Assembly (NCBI RefSeq): GCF_963506605.1
Contig: NC_083276.1
Coordinates: 81,592,001 to 81,656,000 of the forward strand
Source of the DNA: Zootoca vivipara
Lineage: Eukaryota
Length of the DNA: 64,000 nucleotides
Direction: 5' to 3'
The position numbers and the translations under genes were made by a program. Of the stretch, positions 1 to 11,410 are shown piece after piece; within the stretch, counting starts at the first letter, position 1, and each line of letters begins with the position of its first letter. The notes below the pieces were generated by a model. It saw only the letters and a program-made list of their open reading frames with translations, made no database searches and was not told the origin of the DNA.

Positions 1-57
1 GCTATGGTCCATGGGGTCACGAAGAGTCGGACACGACTAAACGACTAAACAAAACAA
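1..57 (+). mobile_element. BovB/RTE LINE 3' end (truncated by window start)
   Basis: gtccatggggtcacgaagagtcggacacgactaaacgactaaacaa is the characteristic BovB-type 3' terminus. Confidence 0.75.
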
Positions 58-926
58 GCTATAAAATGTTATTCTAGAAACATATGGTTACACAAGTAGT
101 ATTAAATACAATGGAATATTAATATTTTTAATATTCACGATAAAGTTCATTTTGGCATGTAGCAGTGGTTTGTCTGAGGTTGTATTTGGCCAACAAGTTA
201 GCCAGTGAGGCATTTGATGGTTGTCACACATGTACCAATGCATGTTCACATTAGTAGCTTAAAACTCAGTGAGGTCTTTTGCATGGAGATCTGTTCATGT
301 GACCTTTATGGTTTCCTCTCCCCTGCAACCCCTATGGAACTCCTGTGCATTACACTTTCACCTGCTCTTCCATGGTCATCTGCACTTGTGTGATGGCTAC
401 TAGTGTCTTTTCACATTACAGTTTACTCTGCATCCAGTTTTCTAATTGGATGGCGGCTAGTATTTGTCAAGGAACAACAGGATTGATATAGATTGTGGCT
501 ATGGTGTGAATGCAGTGGGAGTGCACTGGATGCAGAGTAAGTGGTGATGTGAGCATACCCTTAGTCTGATTATTATTATTATTATTTTATTTATTTACCA
601 AATAATTTATATACTGCTTGATTGTAAGAAAACTCCTCTAAACGGTTATTAATACATAGGGTATAGATATTATTTATTATGTTGACTAAGCAAACGTCAA
701 ATCACCCTTGGCTTAACTATTAATTGATCTTGTTGGCTGGTCTGGTGTAACTTTGGCACAAGGTGCTATTACAGGGAGCACCTTGTGGTGCACTTTTACC
801 AGATCTGCTGCCAGAGTGTGGTTCCCAAGTGTTAAAATGACTGGAGGTTTTCTAATGTTCAGGTACAAGTGTCTGTCCACACAGCAGTGTAGTGTACCAA
901 CAGAACAAAAAGCTGCAAGTGGTATT

Positions 927-1043
927 TAGGGAAGCTTTTTAATGTTTAATAGATTATTGTATTTTAATAGTCTGTTGGAAGCTGCCCAGAGTGGCTGGGG
1001 AAACCCAGCCAGATGGGTGGGGTATAAATAATAAATAATAATA
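927..1043 (+). mobile_element. L2-like LINE 3' tail fragment
   Basis: ggaagctgcccagagtggctgggg...gggtataaat followed by (aat)n tail, typical squamate L2-type 3' end. Confidence 0.55.
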
Positions 1044-1880
1044 TCAGTTAAGGATTAAAAGCAGAAATTATTTGGGGTTTACATATAAAGCCTGCAACCC
1101 ACTTGCACAGGCTTCGCAACCCACTTGTTGGTCACAGCCCAGTTTTAAATGGTCTCTGAATTTTTGGGAGATCAGCACTCTCCCCCACCCCCAATGTAGA
1201 TTTCAGACAGTGTTGGAATTTTTTTCATAGTAAGGGATACACTGCAACACATCTAACCCTGTATGGAATGATAGAGTTCTGCTTAAAATCTGTTGATTAA
1301 AATTTTAATTTTTGAACTGACTTGTTTTCTGTGTATGTTAAAAATTGAAACGGACAACCTGTGTGTCTGAAGTCATGTGCCTCAGAATGGGGTATGAAAA
1401 GGTTTGCAGTATTGCTTGAGCCACTGACATGATCAGTGTTGCAAGAGAGGAAGAACACAGGTATTAACAGTTCACAAGTTCTTCTACTTCATTCCTGGCC
1501 ATTTGGGCATATTGGAAAATCTTAAACACAATGTATTTATTCACTGAAGTAAAGCTGAAATACCGGTAAGCCTTGGGGATTGCTGACAGTATGATGTGGG
1601 AAAGTGCTGCAGTTTAAGAATATTCTTCAGCAGAATTACCTGAAGGAAAACTTGCATAGCTATATGTTGTGCCTCTGGCTGCAGCCTTATTTTCAAATTA
1701 CCACTAGCATTGTTAATTTTGTGCATGTTTACTTAGGAGTACATCCCATTGAATTCATTGGGTCTTACTTCCAGTATGACTTGTGTAGGCTTTAGGTTCA
1801 TAGACTTTGGTAGCTGCATCCTCAGAACTGTGTCTACCTCACAGAAATCTGGTGCCTGACAAAGTGGAAATTCTGCTGCC

Positions 1881-2007
1881 ATGAGCCCTCCAGCTGCGAA
1901 TCCCAAGATTCTGTATCGGAATTCCCGCCTTCTCCGTATGGTGTTCCTGCAGCTCCATCGGCAACAGAGAGCTGACTTATTTTGTGATGTTGTCCTACAA
2001 GCAGAAG
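1881..2007 (+). CDS. BTBD18: BTB/POZ domain-containing protein 18, coding exon 1
   Basis: ATG 1881 in gccATG context; MSPPAANPKILYRNSRLLRMVFLQLHRQQRADLFCDVVLQAE-G; donor G|GTAA at 2007/2008; phase 1 joins exon 2 in frame. Confidence 0.93.
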
Positions 2008-2906
2008 GTAATACTTAAAGCTGGGAGGGTTTAATAAGGGTGCTTTGCTTCCTAACAGAGTTGGAAATTCCCAGGTGCTTGGAAATTCCTGACCAGTGCT
2101 TCTGCTTTAAGGATCCAGCACCTAGAATTTTCACAGTGTCTCCTAGAAATTTCAAGTATTTTTCAAGCTTTGACTGCATGGTTAACAAAAACGAAACATC
2201 AGCAACAATTAATTAATGACATTTATAACCTATTGGATGTGATAGATGGATTTCCCAGAGCCTGTCCTCAGTGTCATAGGTCCCTTAGAAATGTAGGCAG
2301 CTTTCTTGCAATGAGTAGAACCCATTAGTCCAAACTGAACTAACTAAAATGCCTGCTCACAAACAAAATGTGAGTACAAATCCACTGAGAACTTCTCCTA
2401 ACTTCTCCTAAGCAAACCCAGTTGAAACAAACAGGAGTATACTGTATGTGTACAGTACTGGGGAAAGTCTGTGTATGCTTATAAAAATGTATAGCACATC
2501 TTATGCTGTGAATTGCTTTTTGCTAGTGCTTTGCTAGTGCTTAAGTGCCCTCAAAACTGAGAGGGCAGAGAACAGGTTGAGCTAAATAACTTATTTTTTT
2601 CCAACCATTCCGTTTTTATTGTATCATATCCAGAAGGAATTGTGAAAATAAGTTTAACAGTTTTAAATGAGCTGCTGAGACAGACTCTTAAGCAGACTGA
2701 TCGTAAAACTAAATGGTTTTATGCTATAATATGCCTCAGTATGTAAGAAGGCTCTATAATTAGTCATGAGATAGCACTTGGGGAATCTCAAGAAAAATGT
2801 TTATTTGGGGGCTGGAACACTTTGGGACCATCTTCTGTCCACAGAGGGGCAAATATATGGGTTTCTTTGTTGATACAGTACCTGCTAACAATTGTGTTGT
2901 TTGCAG

Positions 2907-4921
2907 GGGAAGCTGTTCCAGCTCACTGTTGCATTCTATCAGCCTGCAGCCCTTTCTTCACAGAGCGTTTGGAGCGAGAAATGCCCCCCAAAGGACACAA
3001 GGTGGTGCTAGAGATCCGGGGGCTGAAAATTGGGACTTTACGTAAGCTGGTGGATTTCCTCTACACCTCTGAGATGGAGGTGTCCCGGGAAGAAGCCCAG
3101 GATGTTCTTGCAGCTGCACGGCAGCTTCAGGTGTCAGAGCTGGAGTCACTTCATCTAGAGGGAGGAAAGTTGGTCAAAAAATCCCTGGGCCCTCGATTAA
3201 ATCGGGATTGCCTACAGCTATCTAGTCCATTATCCATCTCAGAGTTAACGCTGTTGCAGTCTCCCCCTGCCTGCAGTGGTAGTTCCTTGACGTCATGGCT
3301 GTCTTCAAACATGCAACATACTGTAGCGAAAGTTCCATGCACCAAGGAAATGGTTAACAATAGCAGCATTGTCCAGAAAGCTATCAAGAAGGAAAAACCA
3401 GAAGCATTGATGAGGGGGAATGAAGAGCAGATGCCTAAAGATCCAGCAGTTACCACCGAGCCCCTTAGAACTAAAGTTAAAAAACGTCTTACAGGCGTGG
3501 GAAAGAATATATTAGGCAATAATGAGCATGACAGTTTGCAGACACAGGATGGGAATGGCGATAGCCAAGCTACAACCAGCTTGCAAGAGTCAAAAAAGAT
3601 TAAGCTCAGTCGCTCAAAGCTCTCCTCGTCACCCTTGCCTGTACCATGTGCCATCAAAGACTCTAGCACTGTGGAATCAAGCAAACCCTCAAGGTCCACC
3701 AGACGCCACTGGAGGCAGAAACGTCTTCCTATCAAAGATGAGCAGAAAACAGAAGATAGCCATTTGTATGGCTTCTGGAGCCCGCCTCTCCCTCCAGAGG
3801 CTGCTAAGAGCAGAAAGTGCAATGCCAGTGAACCTTGTGTTAGTCATCCCCAAAATGCAGGGCAGATTGGCCGGGTAAGGCTCAGAAAAGTTATCAATGG
3901 CAGCTGCTGGGAGGTGGTGCAGGAATCTCCCTCAGCTCAGGCCACCAGGCCACCAAATTCTGTGTGTGCTGTGAAAGAGGAGGGCTCTCAGTCTCCGCCC
4001 AGGCACCCTGAGCCAGAAGGAGTAGATGCACAACAGTCAGTCACCTCAACTAGACGGCTGCCAACAAAAATGGAAAGCCCACCTCTTAATGAGAAGAACC
4101 TGGAAGAACAAGCTGATAACAAGGTATCCTTGGAAGATGGAGACCCTTATAAATTGGATCTGTTTCTGCTAGACCATCTGAGTGAGGATGAGCAGTATGA
4201 TAAGCTGGCTTCAGCTGGTGAGTTGGAACACATGCTTGATTTGTTTCTGGCAGATGATGGTGATGCTGTTGAGAAGCCTCAAGAGGCCACTATTCCAGAA
4301 GGGATGAATATTTTATGGCCTGCACCAGGAGCAAATGAGAGTCCACTAGAATGTGCTGAAGTTGAAAGAAAAGATATGTGCTCTCCAGAAGTCTCTGACT
4401 GTCCTCTGTGGGTCAAGACCAAAAACAGTCTCCTAAAAGGGGAACTGGAAGCTATTGACATGAAGATCAGCAGAGAAACTCATGGCTCAGCAAATGGGAG
4501 TCCCTTGCTAGACCCTGTTCCCGGCTGCTTTCCATTTGTGAAGTCTGAAACCAGCAGTGACTGTTTTACTTGGTACAAACCAGCTTCTCCCCAACTGGAT
4601 GATTGGACAGCTCAGCATCAACTGTCCATGTCAGAGAATATGCCTGCAAACCTTAGTGATCCTTTGCCCATCACTTTGGCAGACAATGAAGACCAGGTTT
4701 TTTTGTCCTATGAAGTGGGTATCTCTGGTGCCGAAACACAGCTCCATGCTCAGACATTGCTGAAGAGCCCTTTGCAACACCACTTGGGCTGTAAGGTGCC
4801 TCCATGCTTGGAAGAGGAAGAGATAGATGTCGGTGGGGTAGACGAACTCTTGGTTAGTATCGAATGCATCAGGCCAGATCCCTCTCCAGTGTCTGAAACC
4901 GAGGTGGATGTTGTGAACTAG
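2907..4921 (+). CDS. BTBD18: BTB/POZ domain-containing protein 18, coding exon 2
   Basis: Acceptor ttgcag|2907; GEAVPAHCCILSACSPFF...LVDFLYTSEMEV BTB domain then long low-complexity tail to TAG 4919-4921; total CDS 2142 nt = 713 aa; synteny with SELENOH/TMX2. Confidence 0.95.
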
Positions 4922-7065
4922 TGAATGCAGACCATGGGAAGGAGTTGCCTTGACTACCCAGGGGCTGTGAGGGGTCAGGCCTGATGTCAAAGGTCTGATC
5001 AGGCTAAGAAGGGCCCACTGCTACCCTGCTCACCTCAGTGCCAATAGGATCCCATTGGGCATTGCTGCTGCTACTTGCTGCCATTGCCATTGGCTTATCC
5101 CTCTCCCTGGATGTATTTATCCTGGAGGCAACCGCACTTGTGGTTAAATGGGAGCCTCAAGCCTCTGGTGGGCAGCCGCTATGCCAAGTCTCCCAAAATG
5201 CAAAGTATGTGAGGACCTTGAGGGACATTCAGCGTCGTGGCTGCCTGCTGCAGGCCAAAACTGAACTGAGACATCTTCCCAACTGAAAGTGGGAAGCCTT
5301 CATCTAGGGTAATGGGGGTGAGTGTGTGACGGAGTAAGCAGCAATGCCAGGCCTCATCCCCGTCACCTTTCTCTTGGGACCATCTGGACTGTTGGGACTT
5401 CCTTGGTGTGGTGGTAATGGTGAGCTGCAGTGCACCCTTTAACTTAGCTCTCTCCCCTGGTTTTGCTTTCTTGCTTGCCCAGTGCAGTGCACTTCTCATT
5501 TCAGCCTGCCATGGCCTCTCTTCCTCACATGACCGCCCTCTCCCTCATGGACACAGGTGACAATGTTCAGCCTTCCTGTGACTGCTGGCAGGACAGAGAA
5601 CTCAGATGCTGAACTGAGCCTTTCCATTACCAGGCTGCTCTGCTTGAAAAGTGGAGAAGAAAAAACTAACATACACTGCCATGAGAGGAGAGGAGGGTGC
5701 CTCGAAAGTAGGGGCTTCGCCACCATGTCAAGGCCTCATAAAAGTCTGGCCCTTTGTGGGATAGACTTCAGTGCCACACTTAAAATCCCTGATGGGGCTG
5801 CGGTTAACAAAAACATTAATAGTATCTTACAATGCTTTTAGAGTGCTGAGGGAAAAGTGACCCCCCTGGAATTCCAAGTGGTAGGAGGGGTTATTTTACA
5901 ATCACCACCCCCTCAGCCTTATCTAATCATGACGGTTATGTTTGTAACTCTTGTTTTCTGTACAGTGCAGGCTGGCAGGATTCCTGCTCTGCTTTATAGG
6001 ATAGGTAGAAGCTAGAAACTAAAACACTGAAACCTCTAGCAGTGGTTCTGTCAAAAAGTAAGGAAATGTTTATGGGGGGGAAAGTCCCTCTCAAGCACTA
6101 AAACTGCACATGAACACTGTCTGTTTCAGTTCTGTTTATATCAGGAGGGCCACCAGTTTCCCCATCCTTGCTTTATATCTCTCCCCCCACCCACCCCAAT
6201 AATGGAGGAGGGTATAGCTGCCCCAAAAAGGGCTTTCTAAATACACAGGAAGTGTGGCACTCACAACTCAGTCAAGTCAGTTGTGTATTCTAGGGTAACC
6301 ACAGAGTGACTGTGTTCTCAGGGACTCAAACGTCTACAGTTTGTTTGTGGCTTTAATTTTAATTTTTAATGGTAGGCAGCTAAAGCAACTTTTAGTGCTT
6401 GCTCCCTGCCCCACCCTCTTAAAACCCAATCTGGTGAACAGTTACACTGAGCAGCACAATTTGGGAGTAGAAGGGACTTCACAACACCGGAGAAGACATT
6501 GGTGGTGGCCTACCGTTCCACAGCTGTGTGCATATCAAACACTTATCACAAAGGTCACACTGGAGCTAGAAACAGCAGCATGACCTTTGCTGATGCCTCT
6601 CACTGCATCTGCTGTACTTTTGAGTTGGGTGCTCTTTGGGCTGCACTGCAAAAGCTTGGGGCATTCATTGGAGCAGCTGCCTGGAAATGTTAAAAGCCCC
6701 TTCAAGGCTGTCTTTTCACTACTTCTGGTAGGACCAACCACTTTCACTGGCTGTTAATGCTGGCTAACCGTCTGTGGAAGCTGATGCAGTAAACAGTTAC
6801 ATGCCCTGCTTATTTTATTTTATTTTGTACAGAGATGGCTCTCCAAAGTCTAACGACAGGTTAAATCACTTGTTTTACATTCAAACCATTTCCCTTGTTT
6901 ACAGCTTATTCAAGGAGAGGTGTATTCAAGTGCAGTGACCCATGCCTCCATGACGCTGTGCCAACTACTTCCTTTTGACAGCCCAAAGCTCTCATTGTAC
7001 AGAAAAGAATCTGAAGAGTAGATGGCACAAAGGCCATAAGAAATGTTGAGTTGTGACTTTGTTCA

Positions 7066-7071
7066 AATAAA
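7066..7071 (+). terminator. Probable BTBD18 polyadenylation signal
   Basis: AATAAA about 2.1 kb after the stop, followed by a T-rich downstream element. Confidence 0.55.
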
Positions 7072-7136
7072 GTTCCTATATTTTCCCCAGAGTCTTTTTT
7101 ATTTTGTTTAAACTTGTGGCAGCTTATGGTTTAGTT

Positions 7137-7272
7137 CAGGCATCCCCAAACTGCGGCCCTCCAAATGTTTTGGCTTACAACTCCCATGATCCCTACCTAA
7201 CAGGACCAGTGGTCGGAGAAGATGGGAATTGTAGTCCAAAACATCTGGAGGGCCGAAGTCTGGGGATGCCTG
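7137..7272. mobile_element. Palindromic hAT-type MITE (family A)
   Basis: TIR caggcatccccaaact...agtctggggatgcctg; perfect 8-bp TSD gtttagtt. Confidence 0.9.
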
Positions 7273-7605
7273 GTTTAGTTGCAGCACTGGTAGGAAAGAA
7301 ACAAATTGCACACAAGAAGCTTGTTGGAAACAGGATGAGGGAAAAGCTGATATTACAGAAGAATCATCTAGAAAGGAAGTTACTGCAGGATATATGGGCA
7401 GATCATGGCACTTGAATTTCATATAAAGCTCTGGTGTTTCAGGCTAGAACGGGCTCCACAGATTTACAAATGACATCCTTTTTGCAGTCAATGAAAGATG
7501 ATAAAGCATGCTGAATGTTAAGGTAGGTTTGCAAAAACCATGTGCAGCAGTGGCGAGTCCTCCCAGCTTCCAACAGCTAAGACATGCCGCACTGATTTTT
7601 ATGCT

Positions 7606-7741
7606 CAGTGATCCCCAAACTTCGGCCCTCCAGATGTTTTGGACTACAGTTCCCATCTTCCCTGACCACTGGTCCTGTTAGGAAGGGATCATGGGAGTTG
7701 TAGGCCAAAACCTCTGGAGGGCCACAGTTTGGGGGTGCCTG
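7606..7741. mobile_element. Palindromic hAT-type MITE (family A)
   Basis: Same family; 8-bp TSD tttatgct. Confidence 0.88.
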
Positions 7742-8091
7742 TTTATGCTGCTTAAGGAAAAATAATGGCTTCACTACTGTCGCTGATCCAGAAGAACCAC
7801 TTTTATTTAGGGGCTTGTCCACACTTTTGCTTACCCCATACTTTCTAAACACGGTTCTGTTTGCCCCACCACTTTCCCCAGGAAAACCTGTTTAGCACCA
7901 AATTGGAACAAACATCAGTCTGCAGAAAACTCAATTGATGACAGGTTTTTTCCAGGGGAAAATGTAGTGGAAATGTAGATGGGGCCTTAGTGAAGCTGTA
8001 GCACATGCTACACTAAGGTTTGTCTAGCCAGATGCTGTCCTGACTGAACAGAATTAAAAAATGAAGTATAAGGCATGTCAATAGTTAAAGC

Positions 8092-8097
8092 TTTATT
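8092..8097 (-). terminator. SELENOH polyadenylation signal
   Basis: AATAAA on minus strand about 100 nt downstream of the SECIS. Confidence 0.75.
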
Positions 8098-8187
8098 GAA
8101 AAACAATATATGCCCACCCCCAAATTACTAACAAAGCAAAACGGTAAAGGGATCAGGAAACAAGCAGCTGGTACGTTTTTCCTTTCG

Positions 8188-8278
8188 TGGAGGAGGGGCA
8201 GCAGCTTCAGAGATGCGACTGGAGTTTCATTATTTACCCCACTTAATCATATCCCATCATGGATGCTCCACCTCTCAC
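8188..8278 (-). promoter_or_regulatory. SECIS element (type II) of SELENOH
   Basis: AUGAU (8260-8256) ... UGAA (8209-8206) quartet; 11-bp helix II GGGAUAUGAUU/AGUCGCAUCUC with one mismatch; unpaired AA then GGGGU/ACUCC mini-stem; helix I AGCA/UGCU. Confidence 0.88.
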
Positions 8279-8751
8279 ACAGGACGAAGTGTTAATCAGC
8301 TGTGCTAGATGCAAGGACAGACAGCCATTAGCAACAGATCTTGCTCAGTAGAATGAAAGCTAATGTACCATTCATATGCTATGCTGAGTAGGGGGGGGGA
8401 TTCTCTTGGTTTCACCCCCTTCCCTTTCTCAGGAGATGCCATCACAGATAATGGATAGCACAGCTATGATCCAAGATTCCCAGAGCTGAAAGGGAGGGGG
8501 CACCCTTTTTCTCTCTCTTGCTGCCACCTCCACACCCATATGTAATTAGGCCAGTGGCTGCATGCTGCCAACCAGTGCTGTAGGGGATAGTGTACAAGAC
8601 TGATGGATGGATGAGCAGTCCTCGGAAGTATGTGACGTAATGATGGGAGCAGTTAATTTGCCTTTCTTCCCAATTCATCCTCTACCCTGCCTGGGGGGTG
8701 GGGGGATGACGACAACAACAGAGACCACAAAAGAATGACTAGCTTTTAGTC

Positions 8752-9050
8752 CAGGGTACCCAAACTAAGTCCCGGGGGGGCGGATGCGGCCCAATCACCT
8801 TCTAAATCCGGCCCACGAACAGTTTGGGAATCAGCATGTTTTTACATGAGTAGAATGTGTCCTTTTATTTAAAATGCATCTCTGGGTTATTTGTGGGGCC
8901 TGCCTGGTGTTTTTACATGAGTAGAATGTGTCCTTTTATTTAAAATGCATCTCTGGGTTATTTGTGGGGCAAAGGAATTCGTTCATATTTTCCCCCGAGG
9001 TCTGAGGGACAGTGGACCGGCCCCCTGCTGAAAAAGTTTGCTGGCCCCTG
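8752..9050. mobile_element. hAT/Charlie-like non-autonomous element with internal tandem duplication
   Basis: Termini cagggtacccaaact...agtttgctggcccctg; about 60-bp block repeated at a 71-bp period; related to the element at 21388-22173. Confidence 0.75.
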
Positions 9051-9217
9051 TTCCCATTTCTTGCTCCAGCCAGGCAGTAATCATTTAAAACTACACAGGA
9101 ATTGGGGTGGTGGTGGTGAGGCCAGCCCAATAAGGCACTGTCATCCAGCAGATCTCAGAGAATACAGCTGCTATATTGTGCAGACCTACCATTGGTAATC
9201 CTGCCCAGTTGTTGACT

Positions 9218-9318
9218 TTATTCTAGGTTGCCCTTCAGCATTTCAACCACCTTGTTTGGTTCGGGAAACTTGAGCTTCCGCGGTGGCCCTTTCTTGAGGC
9301 CGCTCCATAACTCCACCT
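9218..9318 (-). CDS. SELENOH: Selenoprotein H, last coding exon
   Basis: Acceptor tttttag|; (K)VELWSGLKKGPPRKLKFPEPNKVVEMLKGNLE* matches the SelH C-terminus. Confidence 0.95.
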
Positions 9319-10698
9319 CTAAAAAAAAATCAATAAAGACAAAATCAATAAAGACAGAAGGCAACTCGCCAGCAGCATTTGTATTGTGTTACTTCCAGTA
9401 AGCCACAAGCACGAAGCCAAGAGGCCATGTCCCTCTGCTGGCTTGTAGGTAGGGTTGTGTGCATTCATTAAACTGCTGGTTGCCCTCACAAATAATGACA
9501 TAGCAGTAGCTGAGCAAGTTACATCTCCAGTTACCCAAGATCTCACACATTGAGCCAATTCTACAGCTGAGCTTGTGTGTGGAGTGGTGGAAAGAAACAG
9601 AATCTAAAGACGGGACAACTGGGCTAAAGCTCATCAAAGAGGTGCTATGTAGGTCTTGCCAAACATTCAGCCCAGTGTCCTGCTCCAGTTCTGAGAAACC
9701 CTGTGAACAAGGCTCTAGGTGATAACTGGGGCAGCTAATGGTGGAGGAAGTTGTGCAAGCCACCTCTGGAGAACTCCCAGTCTCTCTTGGCACTGCCTGC
9801 CCACTCATCTTCCAGCAGCAACTAGCTTCTTGGACTTGCAGCAGTAAAGGGGAGTAGGGGATAAGCAGGCAGACAGCACAACAGAACCGGAAGGGGAACC
9901 TCAGAATATGGCTATGGTATCTGGTTGAAACCGCAGCTAGCCCAGCTTTTTGATACACTAGAGAGAATGACCTGGTAGTAGGTAAGTCAGGGGTGGGGAA
10001 CTGTGGCCTTCCAGATGTTAGATTTCAGCCAATCTGGCCCATGGTCTGGGATTATGGGATTCTAGCCCAGCAACATCTGGTGGGCATGGATTGTCCACAT
10101 CTGGTTTCCTTTTTATGCCAGCACACCCACACTCTCCATACTGTGTCACTGTTGAAGGTTGGAGGAGCATTTACTGAATCCATCAAATCTAAGAAACACA
10201 GGCACCACAAAATAACCATTTCACCCGAGGTGGGTGGGTGGGTCTGGCAATGATTAGATTCTGCCACCAAACAGTTACATTATCAGACTCATTCTGAAGC
10301 AGACAAAGCCTACAGATAAAACATCTGACCACCTCACCTCACCCCACTCCCGGAATAGGCAACCCATCCTAACAAAAAACAAGCAACCCTCAAATTTAAA
10401 ACTAATTAAAAATTAGGAGAAGCAGAGGATTTTGGCTGGTGCTTAGGGGTGCCCTCAGATGTCACACTAGGGATCCCAGCAATAAAATGTTCAGCTGCTG
10501 ATGTTTCTGCATCAATTTCTAGTTATGTACATTCTGATGCATACATACAGGGAGCCACAAGTGTTGGCTTGGTTTACTACCCAGCTACTATTTGTGGTTG
10601 CACAGCCATCCTCCTTCCCGCTCAAACACTATGGCACAAACCACAGCCGGAGAGAGATACAGAGTGTTCTGATTTGCAGTGGGATATGGAGAAGAGCA

Positions 10699-11058
10699 GG
10701 GACCCAGGTGGCGCTGTGGGTTAAACCACGGAGTCTAGGGCTTGCTGATCAGAAGGTCGGCGGTTCGAATCCCTGCGATGGGGTGAGCTCCCATTGCTCA
10801 GTCCCAGCTCCTGCCCACCTAGCAGTTCGAAAGCACATCAAAGTGCAAGTAGATAAATAGGGACCGCTCCGGCGGGAAGGTAAACAGCGTTTCCATGCGC
10901 TGCTCTGGTTCGCCAGAAGCAGCTTTGTCATGCTGGCCACATGACCCGGAAGCTGTCTGCGGACAAACGCCGGCTCCCTCGGCCTATAGAGCGAGATGAG
11001 CGCCGCAACCCCAGAGTCGGACACGACTGGACCTGATGGTCAGGGGCCCCTTTACCTT
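10699..11058 (+). mobile_element. Full-length Sauria SINE
   Basis: tRNA-like head gggacccaggtggcgctgtgggttaaacc...ggttcgaatcc, BovB-related gagtcggacacgact tail, (ccttta)n end; 14-bp TSD tatggagaagagca. Confidence 0.92.
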
Positions 11059-11264
11059 TATGGAGAAGAGCACAAGGCAACCTAATTTCTTTTTGTACTT
11101 GGGCACCCTTCTGGCTTGGTGAGTGGATTCGTGGACATCTGGAGACACATATTCCAGGCAGATGAAAACTACCCCAAGAACTCACTGCCAAAGGTTTCTC
11201 TACCAAGCTATCCAGGAAGGTCCCTACCGCCTCTCACTGAAAAGCCTCCCTTGAAATCACTTAC

Positions 11265-11410
11265 TGGTGCCATCTTCTTTCCACAAAGTAACCTCAAAGC
11301 TATTCCTGCGCGGCTTCTCAGGATTCACCATCACCACGATGTCAGGAAAGGTCTGGTGCAGTGCCTCGCTGACTGCATTGGCACTGCGCCCATAGACTCG
11401 TCAGCTTTTA
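11265..11410 (-). CDS. SELENOH: Selenoprotein H, exon containing selenocysteine TGA (11403-11401)
   Basis: Acceptor ccacag|; (C)KS-U-RVYGRSANAVSEALHQTFPDIVVMVNPEKPRRNSFEVTLWKEDGT; donor A|gtaag; CxxU Rdx-family motif. Confidence 0.95.

Larger units (their letters stand above)
8075..8304 (-). other. SELENOH: SELENOH non-coding terminal 3' UTR exon (ends approximate)
   Basis: Acceptor tgtccttgcatctag| at 8305; donor atg|gtaggt at 9190/9189 located 28 nt after the stop; contains SECIS and AATAAA. Confidence 0.65.

Noticed and set aside
2822-2906. N-terminus of the 699-aa ORF in the track
   Set aside because: Starts at TTG inside the intron; the true N-terminus is spliced from 1881-2007
7137-7741. 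CRISPR-like or pre-miRNA cluster
   Set aside because: Eukaryotic DNA; the repeats are dispersed MITEs with TIRs and 8-bp TSDs, not a spacer array
11401-11403. Premature stop implying a SELENOH pseudogene
   Set aside because: The TGA is at the conserved Sec position, the downstream frame is intact and a SECIS is present
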